NCBI GenBank assembly: GCA_950097015.1
Contig: CATNEN010000011.1
Coordinates: 5,580,001 to 5,644,000, forward strand
Length of the DNA stretch: 64,000 nucleotides
Origin: Macrostomum hystrix
Lineage: Eukaryota; Animalia; Platyhelminthes
Reading direction: 5' to 3'
This document shows positions 34,706-47,800 of this stretch, one piece after another. The notes under the pieces are model-generated. The model was not told where the DNA came from. It was given only the letters and a program-made list of their open reading frames with translations, and did not search any database. The stretch's first letter is position 1. Every line of letters starts with the position of its first letter. The position numbers and the translations under genes are program-made.

Positions 34706-37700
34706 TTAGAGTTGCGTAGGCGAGACGCCACCGCCGCCGCTAGGGTGTTGCCTTCGTTGGTCCTCCTGTCTGACGCGATGCTGAATGATTCGCTCGGCTT
34801 TGATGACATTCGCCTGCGAACCGCTGATGGTCACGACCCGGTTCCTGGTGTGCGGCTGGTACTCACCGCGCTTGGACACCTGGGAGTGTGGCGTCAGTTA
34901 GGGAAATTCAACTTGCACTTTTGGGAGAACATTTACTTGATGCTGCATATTCACGACAGCTTAGAAAACTTAAAATCTCACCCACACACCTATTGACAGA
35001 CCCTTAATCTCACCCCAAACACCTATTGACAGGTTATTAATCTCACATTCAAACCTATTGACAGGTCCTTAATCTCACCTTCAAACCTATTGACAGGTTA
35101 TTAATCTCACATTCAAACCTATTGACAGGTCCTTAATCTCACCTTCAAACCTATTGACAGGTCCTTAATATCACATTCAAACCTATTGATAGGTCCTTAA
35201 TATCACATTCAAACCTATTGACAGGTCCTTAATATCACATTCAAACCTATTGACAGGTCCTTAATCTCACATTCAAACCTATTGACAGGTTATTAATCTC
35301 ACCTTCAAACCTATTGACAGGTTATTAATCTCACATTCAAACCTAGTGACAGGTCCTTAATCTCACCTTCAAACCTATTGACAGGTCCTTAATATCACAT
35401 TCAAACCTATTGACAGGTTATTAATCTCACCTTCAAACCTATTGACAGGTCCTTAATATCACATTCAAACCTATTGACAGGTTATTAATCTCACCTTCAA
35501 ACCTATTGACAGGTTATAAATCTCACATTCAAACCTATTGACAGGTCCTTAATCTCACCTTCAAACATATTGACAGGTCCTTAATATCACCTCACACACC
35601 TATTGACAGGTCCTTAATCTCACCCCAAACCTATTGACAGGTCCTTAATCTCACATTCAAACCTATTGACAGATCCTTAATCTTACCCCAAACACCTATT
35701 GACAGGTCCTTAATCTCACCCCAAACGCCTATTGACAGGTCCTTAATCTCACCCCAAACACCTATTGACAGGTCCTTAATCTCACCTTCAAACCGATTGA
35801 CAGGTCCTTAATCTCACCCCACACACCTATTGACAGGTCCTTAATCTCACCCCACACACCTATTGACAGGTCCTTAATCTCACCCTTAACACCTATTGAC
35901 AGGTCCTTAATCTCACATTCAAACCGATTGACAGGTCCTTAATCTCACCCCACACACCTATTGACAGGTCCTTAATATCACCCCACACACCTATTGACAG
36001 GTCCTTAATCTCACCCCACACACCTATTGACAGGTCCTTAATCTCACCCCACACACCTATTGACAGGTCCTTAATATCACCCTAAACACCTATTGACAGG
36101 TCCTTTATCTCACCCCACACACCTATTGACAGGTTCAAGCCACAAAGCACTCACCTGAATGTTAGTCTGTGTATTAGTCTGCAATTCGGCAATATCCTTG
36201 CCGCCGGGTCCGATGACAACGCCAACCAGAGCTTCGGGAATCTCCAGTTCGCGCTTGAACTGAACAGACGAATCAACCCAGGATGGCTGGCCGGCGATGG
36301 TTGCAGATGCGGCTGCACCGCCAATGGTCTGGGGCGGCTGGGGCATCGGCCCGGGGGTGGTCGGATAAACGAACGCGTCGGCGCCGGCGAACGAGCCACT
36401 ATAATCGGCGTTAGCAGCGGCGGCGGCGGCGGCTGCGGCAGCTGCTGCGGCGGCGGCGGCCGCAGCTGGATCAGCTGAGAGCGGCATCAGGGCTGACAAT
36501 GAGCCGTGAGACAGATTAAAAGAAGAATGAGGCGATTGCAATAGGGGCACAGCGCCGGCGGCTCCGCCAGCTGTTGGCGGCGGCCCAGGCGAGATGATGG
36601 CAGCAGGCGGAGGCGGCTGATTCTGTGAGCCGAGCGACTGCAGGTTGAAGAACCCATAATTAGCCAGGGTGAGCATGGCGCTAATGATGTCATCCGCGGC
36701 CAGATCCGAATAGCCGCTCTGCCTCAGGGAAGCTCGGAGAGCATCCAGCGAGATTGAACCGGCCGCGGCGCCGAATGAGCAGGCGGAGTTTTGAGACGAA
36801 TTCAAGCTCAAAGGACCGCCGCCGCCGCCAACTCCTCCACCTCCGCCGAGTCCGCTAAGTTGCAAATCGTTGAATCCACCGCCGCTGGCACCCTGAGGCG
36901 AGGAAGCTGAACTGCCGACTCCGCCGTGGACCAGTGCGTAGGGACTGCCTGTGGGGTAGGCGCTGGCCACTGGGCCGCTGATGTTGGCATAGCTGATGTT
37001 CGGGCAGCTGGCTGACTGAGGGTCCTCGGCAATCTTAGCCAGGATCATTGCCGCGGCAGCCCGGTTCTGCTCCGGATCGCCGGCCACCGTCACGCAGCGC
37101 TCCGTCAGGGCCTGCTCCTTCGGCTTCTGGGAGATCTGCACGTAGGCGCCGCTTGCCTCCATGATCTCCTTGATGAAGGCGCCTTTCTTGCCAATGATCA
37201 TGCCAGCTGTGCTGTTAGGTACCAGAATCTTCAGCTGCATGAGTGATAAGTCAGGACGATGCCTGATTAGCGTATCATCCAAAATATTGGTACAACATGG
37301 ATTTGACTGGGATTTCAGTAGAGTAGGATTGGGATTTCAGTATATTAGGATTGGGATTTCAGTAGAGTAGGATTGGGATTTCAGTAGAGTAGGATTGGGA
37401 TTACAGTAGAATAGGATCGGGATTTTAGTAGATTAGGATTGGGATTACAGTATATTAGGATTGGGATTTCAGTAGAGTAGGATTGGGATTTCAGTAGAGT
37501 AGGATTGGGATTTCAGTATATTAGGATTGGGATTTCAGTAGAGTAGGATTGGGATTTCAGTAGAGTAGGATTGGGATTACAGTAGAATAGGATCGGGATT
37601 TTAGTAGATTAGGATTGGGATTACAGTAGAATAGGATCGGGATTTTAGTAGATTAGGATTGGGATTACAGTAGAATAGGATCGGGATTTTAGTAGATTAG

Positions 37701-39865
37701 GATTAGGATTTCAGTAGAATAGGATCGGGATTTTAGTAGATTAGGATTGGGATTACAGTAGAATAGGATCGAGATTTTAGTAGATTAGGATTAGGATTTC
37801 AGTAGATTGGGATTGGGATTTCAGTAGAGTAGGATAGGGATTTTAGTAGATTAGGATTGGGATTACAGTAGATTAGAATTGGGATTTTAGTAGATTAGGA
37901 TCGGGATTTTAGTAGATTAGAATTGGGATTTTAGTAGATTAGGATTGGGATTACAGTAGAATAGGATCGGGATTTTAGTATATAAGGATTGGGCTTTTAG
38001 TTGACTTGGTTGGAAATTAAGTAGATCAACGCAGGTAAGTATGTCACTCACCTGTCTATGACGCTCAACGTTGAGTTTTCCATCGCCAGTCAGTTTGGGA
38101 CTTGGGTCGGGTTTCTCCAGTACGCAATCCATGATATAGTGACAGACGCCTGTGATGGCCTCAACCGTGCCCTGGATCAAACAGATTCGCTCGGTCGTGC
38201 CTGAAAATACAGAAAATTAACGTGCTTAATTGGGCCAACAATTGAATCCGAAAGGCTACAGTGGGCCGGACAACCAGAGGCAGGCATAGGTGATACACAC
38301 ACACATGATAGATAAATCCGAAGAGAAAGGACGATAGAGATGAGAGATGAGACACAGGAGAGATGAGACATGGAAGAGATGAGACAGGGGGAGATGAGAC
38401 AGGGGGAGATGAGACAGGGGAGAGATGGGACACGGAGAGATTAGACATGGTGAGATGATACGTGGAAGAAATGAGACTCGGGAGAGATGAGACACGGAAG
38501 ATCTGAAACATCGGAGAGATCAGACATGGGAGAGGTTGAGACAGCGGAAAGATGTGAAATGGGAGAAATGAGGAACTGCGAGACGAGACAGTGGATATGG
38601 GATGAAAGGTGGCTAGATGAGTGATTCGGGAATCAATACATGCTCGCTAAAGTACATTTACTGTTAGTTTAAAAAAGTAGCATGTTCACCTGGATAGCAG
38701 TCGTTAACTTTAGACATCTTGACTTTAGCTCCATGGTCCTTCTGCACCTGAGCGAGTGCTTCTCCACCCTTGCCAATAATGGCGCCAGCGGCAATGGAAG
38801 GGATCAGAACCTTTAAGTGGACATTGTCCGCTGTGTTGGCAAATTAGAAAGATTGTAAATCAGTATTATCTAGCTAACAATTGCTGGCTAAGTAAAAAAT
38901 GTTTTTTACTTTTGACAAATTATTTTAGTTCTGTATAATATGTTTGTTGACTACAATTATGATGATAATAACAAATAGCAAGCTAACTTTATGATTAGAC
39001 TAAACCTAAAACACTATTTTGCATTTATAGGGCCTAATACCATTTTAATGATTCAAATTTCCTAATAGACATAAATGGAAAATTTCTTTTTCTAGCTAGC
39101 ACATTGGCAATTCATCCCACCTTTGTATATTTCAGTATTTAAGCCCAAGGGCTTACTAGATAAACTAAATGTCATAATAAGAAACACAGCTGCCCTGCCC
39201 CTAATTATGGACACAGAAGCCATGACCTTATATTAGGGAAAATACAGCTATCTATAAATTTAAGCTCATTTTTAATGCCATTAATTTATTGAAATTATAT
39301 ATTCATTTTTTTTGTTTATTCTTTCTAAAAGCTAAATTTATAACAAAAAAATATAAGAATTCTAGCTTGTCCTAATCTATAGCTATTGCAAATGTTACTT
39401 GCAAATTATGCAATAATATATAGGTCTACCTCATAGCTACAATAATCAATATGAATATGGGAGTTTAAGTTAAAATATCTAGGCATTCTTAATTTCAATA
39501 GCATAGAGTTAGGCGGGAATAAGAAGTGAACTTAAAAATATTTATTCTATTAAACACAAGTGTTGCCTTCTTAATATAATGCTGGGATAAATACTACACA
39601 AATAGGTATCTATGTGAGTTTTATAATGTTTTTCAATGCTAATTGATGAATTGTTAATTGACTTACAATTCTATTGTATTTGCACTTTTGTTTACAGCAC
39701 TCATTGGATTTTTTTATATCTGCAATTAGTTTCATATCTTAGAGCTAGCCCTGGTAGCTAGCCTGTAGAAAATTGTCAAATTGCCATAAAAAATTGATTC
39801 ATAGCACATTATATATACTTACACAGTCCAGTTCTCCTCTGGGCATTTTCATTATCTGAATCCAT
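34706..39865 (-). CDS. nova: Nova/pasilla KH-domain splicing regulator, 528 aa; exons 39865-39823, 38830-38690, 38200-38052, 37234-36155, 34879-34706 (an extra upstream coding exon cannot be excluded)
   Basis: KH1 [21 protein letters not shown]|[10 protein letters not shown]; KH2 [33 protein letters not shown]; KH3 [16 protein letters not shown]|[20 protein letters not shown]; polyAla linker; all phases consistent. Confidence 0.95.
34975..36135. repeat. 32-33-bp intronic minisatellite (TTGACAGGTCCTTAATCTCACCCCACACACCTA), Nova intron 4
   Basis: Tandem array. Confidence 0.96.
37300..37995. repeat. 22-bp intronic minisatellite (CAGTAGAGTAGGATTGGGATTT), Nova intron 3
   Basis: Tandem array. Confidence 0.95.
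38335..38625. repeat. Degenerate 16-bp GAGATGAGAC repeat, Nova intron 2
   Basis: Related to the 22.0-kb array. Confidence 0.8.
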
Positions 39866-41879
39866 GATGATGTCTTTATGACATTTCCTATTATCAGATC
39901 TATAATTTAAAACTACCTAGAGATGACCCTAGATACTAAGAGATCAGATAAATATAGCTAAGGACTAACCTCGAACGCTACCTTAACTACAGTTTTACTA
40001 GCCAAGTAAATCAATAAAAACTATATATGTGATGAAAACAGTCCTTTTTGGTGTAAGAACGAAAAATGAACAAAAGAGTTTCCCTATGAGATGATAAATA
40101 TGGAGCGAAAGAAACTCGAAATTACACAAGCACTATCTAATTACTTAATTCATGCTAATTCGAAGGAAAGAAGCAAGAAGCCGCAAGTCGTGATTTTTAT
40201 AACTGAAGTCCGTTTAAAAAGTAAAATTAGTTTCCCGAAATGCAACGAGGAAAGAAAAACATATCATTAGTGCTATGCAAATAAAAATGAGCTTTATATT
40301 TACATTCAGTCGTAAATATTTTCTGGTTTTGTTTTTCTACGCAAACACGATAAGTAAATGACAAAATTTCAAACTAATAGAGTAGCTAATTAAGTCGAAG
40401 GGAAACACAAACTAATGGATTGTAGCCTTTGGGTATCATTAACCCAAAAATATTGGGTTACTACCCTTGTGCTGCAATGGTTCTTATTTATCATTTAATC
40501 CATCTAGTGCAATTTGTTATTCAGCTGTTTCGATACTAATGAATAAACTTAAATTGTTATCATTACAAACAGTTTCCGTAAATTTAATTATTTATGTAGG
40601 TGTTGCAACAAATTAATTAATTATTTTTTTGCTGTATCTGCTTCGTTTAGTTTTCAATACAACGGCTGATACGTGCACAGTTGCACGTAAACATGTTATT
40701 TTTCAACCCGATTGATAACGCGAGCAAGTTGTTTAACGATCTATGGGAATTTCTAACCACAAACTCTGTTATTTCGCTTATTAGCAAAGCAGTGAATAGA
40801 AAATAATAGAATAAAATCAGTAAAGTCATTTCAATACAAAGTACTCGTACTCGTAGTAATGTATGTAAAAAATAGGCAGAAACACGAGTGACTCATCTAT
40901 GAGAATGTATTCTCCAACAATGCAACGGGGAAGCCAGCAAAGCATAAAACCATCGGTACGGAAACCATCCTCTGCACTTGGCTGTCATAATTTCAGCAGC
41001 TGTTTGCTTTGCGATGCTCTGGAGCACGAAAACTTTGACGGAGTAAAGGGTGCAATTATATAGTTTCAACAAACGTGAAATTTATGCAGCACTAGCTCTT
41101 ACTCTAATAGTGCATCGACAGCCATGTCAAACTTTCATAGTCTATCATGTCGTACGGACCCTGTGTTATTTGGTTCTCCCCCTCCTAGAGTCTTCCGTTG
41201 TTACAAAACTCCTGTTAAATTATCTCATCCCTCTTCAGCACTCAAAGGCGATTTCGTGTCAGCACCAATCTCGAGTCGATGAAAAAACACGAAAACGACT
41301 AAATTAGTGCATAATTGGCCATAAATACATAAACCGCAGCTTCATAGTCACCTGTTGTTAGTGAGATCCTTTACGGATGTCTAAAATAGACTTGTAGAGG
41401 AAAGAAAGCAGCAATCAGCAAATACACCGCATTGTGTATTCGTCGCTGCATATTAAATGAAGCGTTTCGTCTTCCATTTTCCACTCCATAATAAACGCGC
41501 GTATGCATCCCCGCCCGGCAGTATCTGTCCATCTGGAACCCATTGCCGCCTGCTGAAACCGATCAATCCTATTGTTCTCTACCCATCCTCTCTCTCTCAA
41601 CCACTGCCTGCCTCTGCAATTTCCCCATCTGTCCTTTGTGCGGTCCAAGCTCTCCAGTCCTGACTTCTCCCAGTCCACCATCCTCACAACCCAGCATCTC
41701 TCCTAGCTGCAGCAGTATTTCAGCAATATCATCAAACTAATCGGCATGGATCATCCCAGCGCCTGCTCTACTACGGTTTGTTGCCTTCTGCACTGCACAG
41801 CAATATCATACTCCGCGTGCTGCAAAAATAGCTTGAGCTTCAAGCTGAAAAGATCTCTCCATTCAGCATTGGATGCGCG

Positions 41880-44800
41880 ATGCCGTCCAACGAATTTTCT
41901 ACTTCCAAGTCTGAAGAGCCTCGACTGGACCTCGAACCCGACGAAATGCCAGGAGCCCCCACAGGGGAGCAGAACCCAACGGAACAATCTGGTACAGCTG
42001 ATGACGTCATTCGCTCCTCAGTTACCGATGGCATAAAGGACATCCTGGTCAATTTGACAGACGACGGTCTGGACAAGCTCTGGCACCTACTGCCGACACT
42101 AACGGAGGCCGAAGTGAACTTCAGGGACAAGAATGGCAACGGATGGCTGCACTGGTTGGCTGTCGCGAAGAATGCTCGCTCGGTGGATCAGAACCGACTA
42201 GTTGGTGTTGTGCACGCTTTATCAGCGGCAGGAATCAACTACAATATGCGGAATCGAACCAAGAACTCTGCGCTGCACTTTGCCGTTGCGTGCTCTGCGC
42301 CTCTGCGCTTCATTAACGCTCTGCTTAAGGTACAGTTAGTGAGGCCACTGGTGAGACAGGGACCACTTGGAGTTGAATGGTCGGGAAACGACGTTTCTTA
42401 GAAAAAGTTTAGCAGGCTGGTTTTCAAAGTACACTGCGGAGATGAGAAATTCTCACTTTTTCACATTAAAATTGTGATCACTCTTGTTTCAAGCAGATCT
42501 AAAGCTCTACTTTTGATTAAAAAAATTACCTAACATTTTTTTCTCCACAGAATTTTACAAAGATATATTCCCCAAAATCTTATCTACAAAACTATCTGCT
42601 CGCTCTACTTGGTCTAACTTGTTCTAAGCATGCAATAATAACTAAGTCATAGGGCCAGACAGTAATTATAGAATTGATAAACCAAAATTAAATTAACTAG
42701 ATTTAAAAAGTGAAAATTTTCTATCCCAGTAGTGAGGGTCAGTGACAGAGCGTTTAACGCGTTTGCTTCTCCCACCAATGTCCATTGCCACTGCCTGCAG
42801 CCCTCCTGCAATCATTATTTTTTCATCTCCGTAGTGTATTTTTCGGCGAAAATCTACCGCCTGAACGTTTTCTAAGAAACATACTTTCTCGTCATTCTTC
42901 TTCCCTGACCCTGTGGCTGAGTCAGTAATGAGGATGTAGATCGTTGTCGAGAGGTTGATGTTAATCAATCAGTTTTCTAAAATCTACTTTCGCATCACCC
43001 AGATCGGCATCGACCCGACCTTCGTCAACGACAAGGGCCGTCGTGCCGCCCAGTGCACGAGCAGTCGGGGTGTCCTGAAGACCCTGGAGATGTTCACGCC
43101 GCCGCTAGATGAAGCGATTCGTCAAGGCGACCTTGAACAGGTGCGCCGGCTGGTATCCTACTGGGTGCGGATCGCTAATTATCACCTGGACCTGGCCAAG
43201 AGGTCGCCGGAGATTCGCCAGCTCCTAGAGACTCGGCAACCGCAGCTGGCCCTCATTCATCGATGCCTGGCTGGCGACGCTCGCTACCTGTCCGAGTCGT
43301 TGGATGCCGATCCGCTGCTGCAGTTGGACAGTACAGATGAGAGCTACATCAACGATGAGGGCAGGTGCCTGAGGCTGCCGCTGCTCTACCAGCTGGTGTC
43401 CTGTCCGTACACTCACTCGGTGGCCGAGCAGCTACTCAGTAGAACAAAACCCGACGTGACCTTCCCGGTGAAATTCAAAGCCGACGGAAAGATGGTGCCA
43501 TTTTGGATATCGTTTAAGGTGCGAAATCATAGAGTGCATTGTAAAGGGCTGGCTATAATAAAAATAATAATTGCAGGAGGGCTGCGGGCAATGGCATATC
43601 AGTTGGTGACACTAGACCCGCAGCCAGTGAGGAGGCGATTGACTTCATTTCGCTGACTCGTGAGCACACACGCACACAGATACTGTACTGTACGCAGGCA
43701 TAGTATCACACAGGTGTGTACATCTGCCCTGACTTTCTCATCATCAGGCAGTGTACACTCTTACTATGCCTTGCAGGTTGGTCCTCAAGGGCGTAAATTG
43801 TACGACAAGCCCCCAAGCCTTCTCTCCGCGGCTAAGCCCCAAACAAATGTGGCCTCGCCGCGGAATCGAACTCATGGACCTTGGCGCGAGAGGCAAACGC
43901 GTTAACCGCTCTAACGTCCCTGAGCAAAGTTGCATTCATTGGTAGCGCATCCACGAAGAGAAGGCTTGGTGGCTTGTCGTGCAATTTAGGCCCTTGAGGG
44001 CCAATCTTTAAGTAAACAGTGAAGTTTTCACTACTTGACGATGGGAAAGTCAGGGCAAATGTACACACCGGTATGAGTGTGTGCTCAGGAGTCAGCGGAA
44101 TGGGCAGAATTGCCTCCGCGGATGGCTGCGGGTCTAGTGTCGCAATTAAAGACTACAGACCCAGCAAATACCAGTAAATTCGGATATTTTTTGAGCTCAT
44201 AGCTTGCATTGGGGGTACTGTTTCATGGCTAGGATCAATTTGGCAAAAAGTTTACCGATGCAATTGTGGGAATTTTTCTGCACTTTTCAAGCTGACATGG
44301 TTTTAACCAATTTAGAATTGGCAAAACTGTAAAGTTTTGTTAGGGCTTGGGTACAGAAAGTTTCATCGGCAATTGAACTATCACTTTTCATAGAATCTAA
44401 TAATTCCTTTAGGTATTCCCTGAAAAACTTAAATCCCATAAGGCATATCCTGTTGATAAGATATCAACAGGTCCAATGTCTCATGACCCACTTTTAAATC
44501 GTAGGATGGAAATTGCATAGAGAGTCAGTAGAAAATTCCATCAGGAATTTGTAGGAAATCCCATAGGTAATCAAAAGGAAATCCCATAGGGAAACAATTG
44601 GAAAACCCATAAACAATCAGTAGGAAATCCCATAGACAATCAGTAGGAAATCCCATAGACAATCAGTAGGAAATCCCATAAACAACCAGTAGGAAATCCC
44701 ATAGACAATCAGTAGGAAATCCAATAGGGAAACAATAGAAAATCCCATAGGGAAACAATAGGAAATCCTATAGAGAACCAGATGGAAATCACATTGGTAA

Positions 44801-47800
44801 TCAGTTGGAAATCCCACAGGGAATCCGTAGGAAATCCTATAGGGAATCAGAAGGGAATCCCACAGGGAATCATTAGGAAATCCCATAGGGAAAAAATAGG
44901 AAATCCCATAGACAACCAGTAGGAAATCCCATCGGGAAAAAATCCCAAAGGTTTCTTAAAAAGGCATCCTAAAGTTAATTAAAATCTCAATAATTGCTGA
45001 AATTTCCCTGCCTTCAGAGCTCCTCGCATCCAGAGAAGGCCACCCTGATGCCCCTAGTGCTCAGCTGTGTGGACTATCAAGCCTCTCTAGGCGCCTTGGA
45101 TCACGAGACCATGCTGGACTTTCTGTCGGAAGAGCCCGACACCTTCAGCCAGCTGATCCAGATGGGCTACAAGTTCTGGAGGCCGGACGCCTACCTCAGA
45201 AATCTGGCGGATCACGCGGCGCTCAGAGAGTTGCAACGACTTGAAAGCCTCGATCCCTCCGCTGTGCTCAAGGCGGTTGAGCAGTTGGACGAAGCCCTGC
45301 TGCCCCGGATCAGACACTGGTCGGTTGAGGAGCTCACAATTGGCTTGAATGCTGGATACTGGCCGTGCCTCTGTCATCGGACACTTCGGCGACTGCGAGC
45401 TAGCGAAGATTCTGACGATCGAAGCTTTTTGGAGAGGCTGGATAGAGTCCACACCATCTGGGTGAGTTCTTTGCTACTCGATTTGGGATCTCATCCATCT
45501 CATTCATTTGGGATCTCATCCATTTAGGATCTTATTCATTTGGGATCTCATCCATTTGGGATCTCATCCATTTGGGATCTTATTCATTTGGGATCTCATC
45601 CATTTGGGATCTCATCCATCTGGGATCTCATCCATTTGGGATCTCATCCATTTAGGATCTTATTCATTTGGGATCTCATCCATTTGGGATCTCATTCATT
45701 TGGGATCTCATTCATTTGGGATCTCATTCATTTGGGATCTCATCCATTTAGGATCTTATTCATTTGGGATCTCATCCATTTGGGATCTCATCCATTTGGG
45801 ATCTCATTCATTTGGGATCTCATCCATTTGGGATCTCATCCATTTGGGATCTCATCCATTTGGGATCTCATCCATTTGGGATCTCATTCATTTGGGATCT
45901 CATCCATTTGGGATCTCATCCATTTGGGATCTCATTCATTTGGGATCTCATCCATTTGGGATCTCATCCATTTGGGAGTTTATCCATCTGGGATCTCATT
46001 CATTTGGGATCTCATCCATTTGGGATCTCATCCATTTGGGATCTCATTCATTTGGGATCTCATCCATTTAGGATCTCATTCATTTTGGATCTCATTCATT
46101 TGGGATCTCATTCATTTGGTATCTCATCCATTTGGGAGTTTATCCATCTGGGATCTCATTCATTTGGGATCTCATCCTTTTAGGATCTCATCCATTTGGG
46201 ATCTCATCCATTTGGGATCTCATCCATTTGGGATCTCATCCATTTGGGATCTCATCCATTTGGGATCTCATTCATTTGGGATCTCATCCATTTGGGATCT
46301 CATTCATTTGGGATCTCATCCATTTGGGATCTCATTCATTTGGGATCTCATCCATTTGGGATCTCATCCATTTGGGAGTTTATCCATTTGGGATTTTATC
46401 CATTTGGGATCTCACTCATTTGGGATTTTATCCATTTGGGATCTCATTCATTTGGGATCTCATCCATCTGAGATCTCATTCATTTGGGATCTCATCCATT
46501 TGGGATCTCATCCATTTGGGATCTCATTCATTTGGGATCTCATCCATTTGGGATCTCATCCATTTGGGATCTTATTCATTTGGGATCTCATCCATTTGGG
46601 ATCTCATTCATTTGGGATCTCATCCATCTGAGATCTCATTCATTTGGGATCTCATCCATTTGGGATCTTATTCATTTGGGATCTCATCCATTTGGGATCT
46701 CATCCATTTGGGATCTCATCCATTTGGGATCTCATCCATTTGGGATCTCATTCATTTGGGATCTCATCCATTTGGGATCTCATCCATTTGGGATCTCATT
46801 CATTTGGGATCTCATCCATTTGGGATCTCATTCATTTGGGATCTCATCCATTTGGGATCTCATCCATTTGGGATCTCATCCATTTGGGATCTCATCCATT
46901 TGGGATCTTATTCATTTGGGATCTCATCCATTTGGGATCTCATCCATCTGGGATCTCATCCATTTGGGATCTCATCCATTTGGGATCTCATCCATTTGGG
47001 ATCTCATCCATTTGGGATCTCATCCATTTGGGATCTCATCCATTTGGGATCTTGTCGATTGAGGATTATAATGATTTGGGATCTTGTCCAATAGTGATCA
47101 AGTCGATTTGGGATTTTAACAAAATTAAAAAATCCTAATGGATTACCTTGATTTAATTCACATTGATTTAACAATAGCAAGCATTTTCAGCTGATTAAAA
47201 CGCAGCCTTTAGTAATGAAGCTAGCTCGTATTTTGCGGAAATATTTTTGTGGAAAAGCTTAGCCAGTTCTTTTTTTAGAAGTTTTGCAGCGCCTCACAAT
47301 CTGTCCACAATTTCCATCCAGAGAAAATTGCCACTAGAGGAAAATTCCTGTCAGGTTTGTAGAGTTAGAGAGAATATAAATGAGACCATGCATTTTTAAT
47401 GGAATAATATTGTCGAAATTCAATTAATCATAAATGACAATGCATTTTCTCTTTTTTCTTGCAGCAACTAAATAATTAAACTATTTTTAAACTCTGAATC
47501 TCCTGTCTATTTGGCAAGCTTTAAACGACTTATTTTTGCTATCTCATCCATTATATGAGATAATAATGATCAAGAATGACCATTTTTGCTATGATCAAGA
47601 ATGACCATTTTTGCTATGATCAAGAATGACCATTTTTGCTATGATCAAGAATGACCATTTTTGCTATGATCAAGAATGACCATTTTTGCTATGATCAAGA
47701 ATGACCATTTTTGCTATCTCATCCATTATATGAGATAATAATGATCAAGAATGACCATTTTTGCTATGATCAAGAATGACCATTTTTGCTATGATCAAGA

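Noticed and set aside
43561-44142. Twin-priming inversion of a single SINE
   Set aside because: Both halves contain the 3' tail and are diverged, so they are two insertions
44525-44945. NF-kB sites (GGAAATCCC) in an ankyrin (IkB-like) gene intron
   Set aside because: Only a 9-mer partial match in a satellite; the protein lacks IkB hallmarks
45508-47138. Overlapping GSHPFGISSIWDLIHL ORFs
   Set aside because: 16-bp satellite inside ankyrin intron 3
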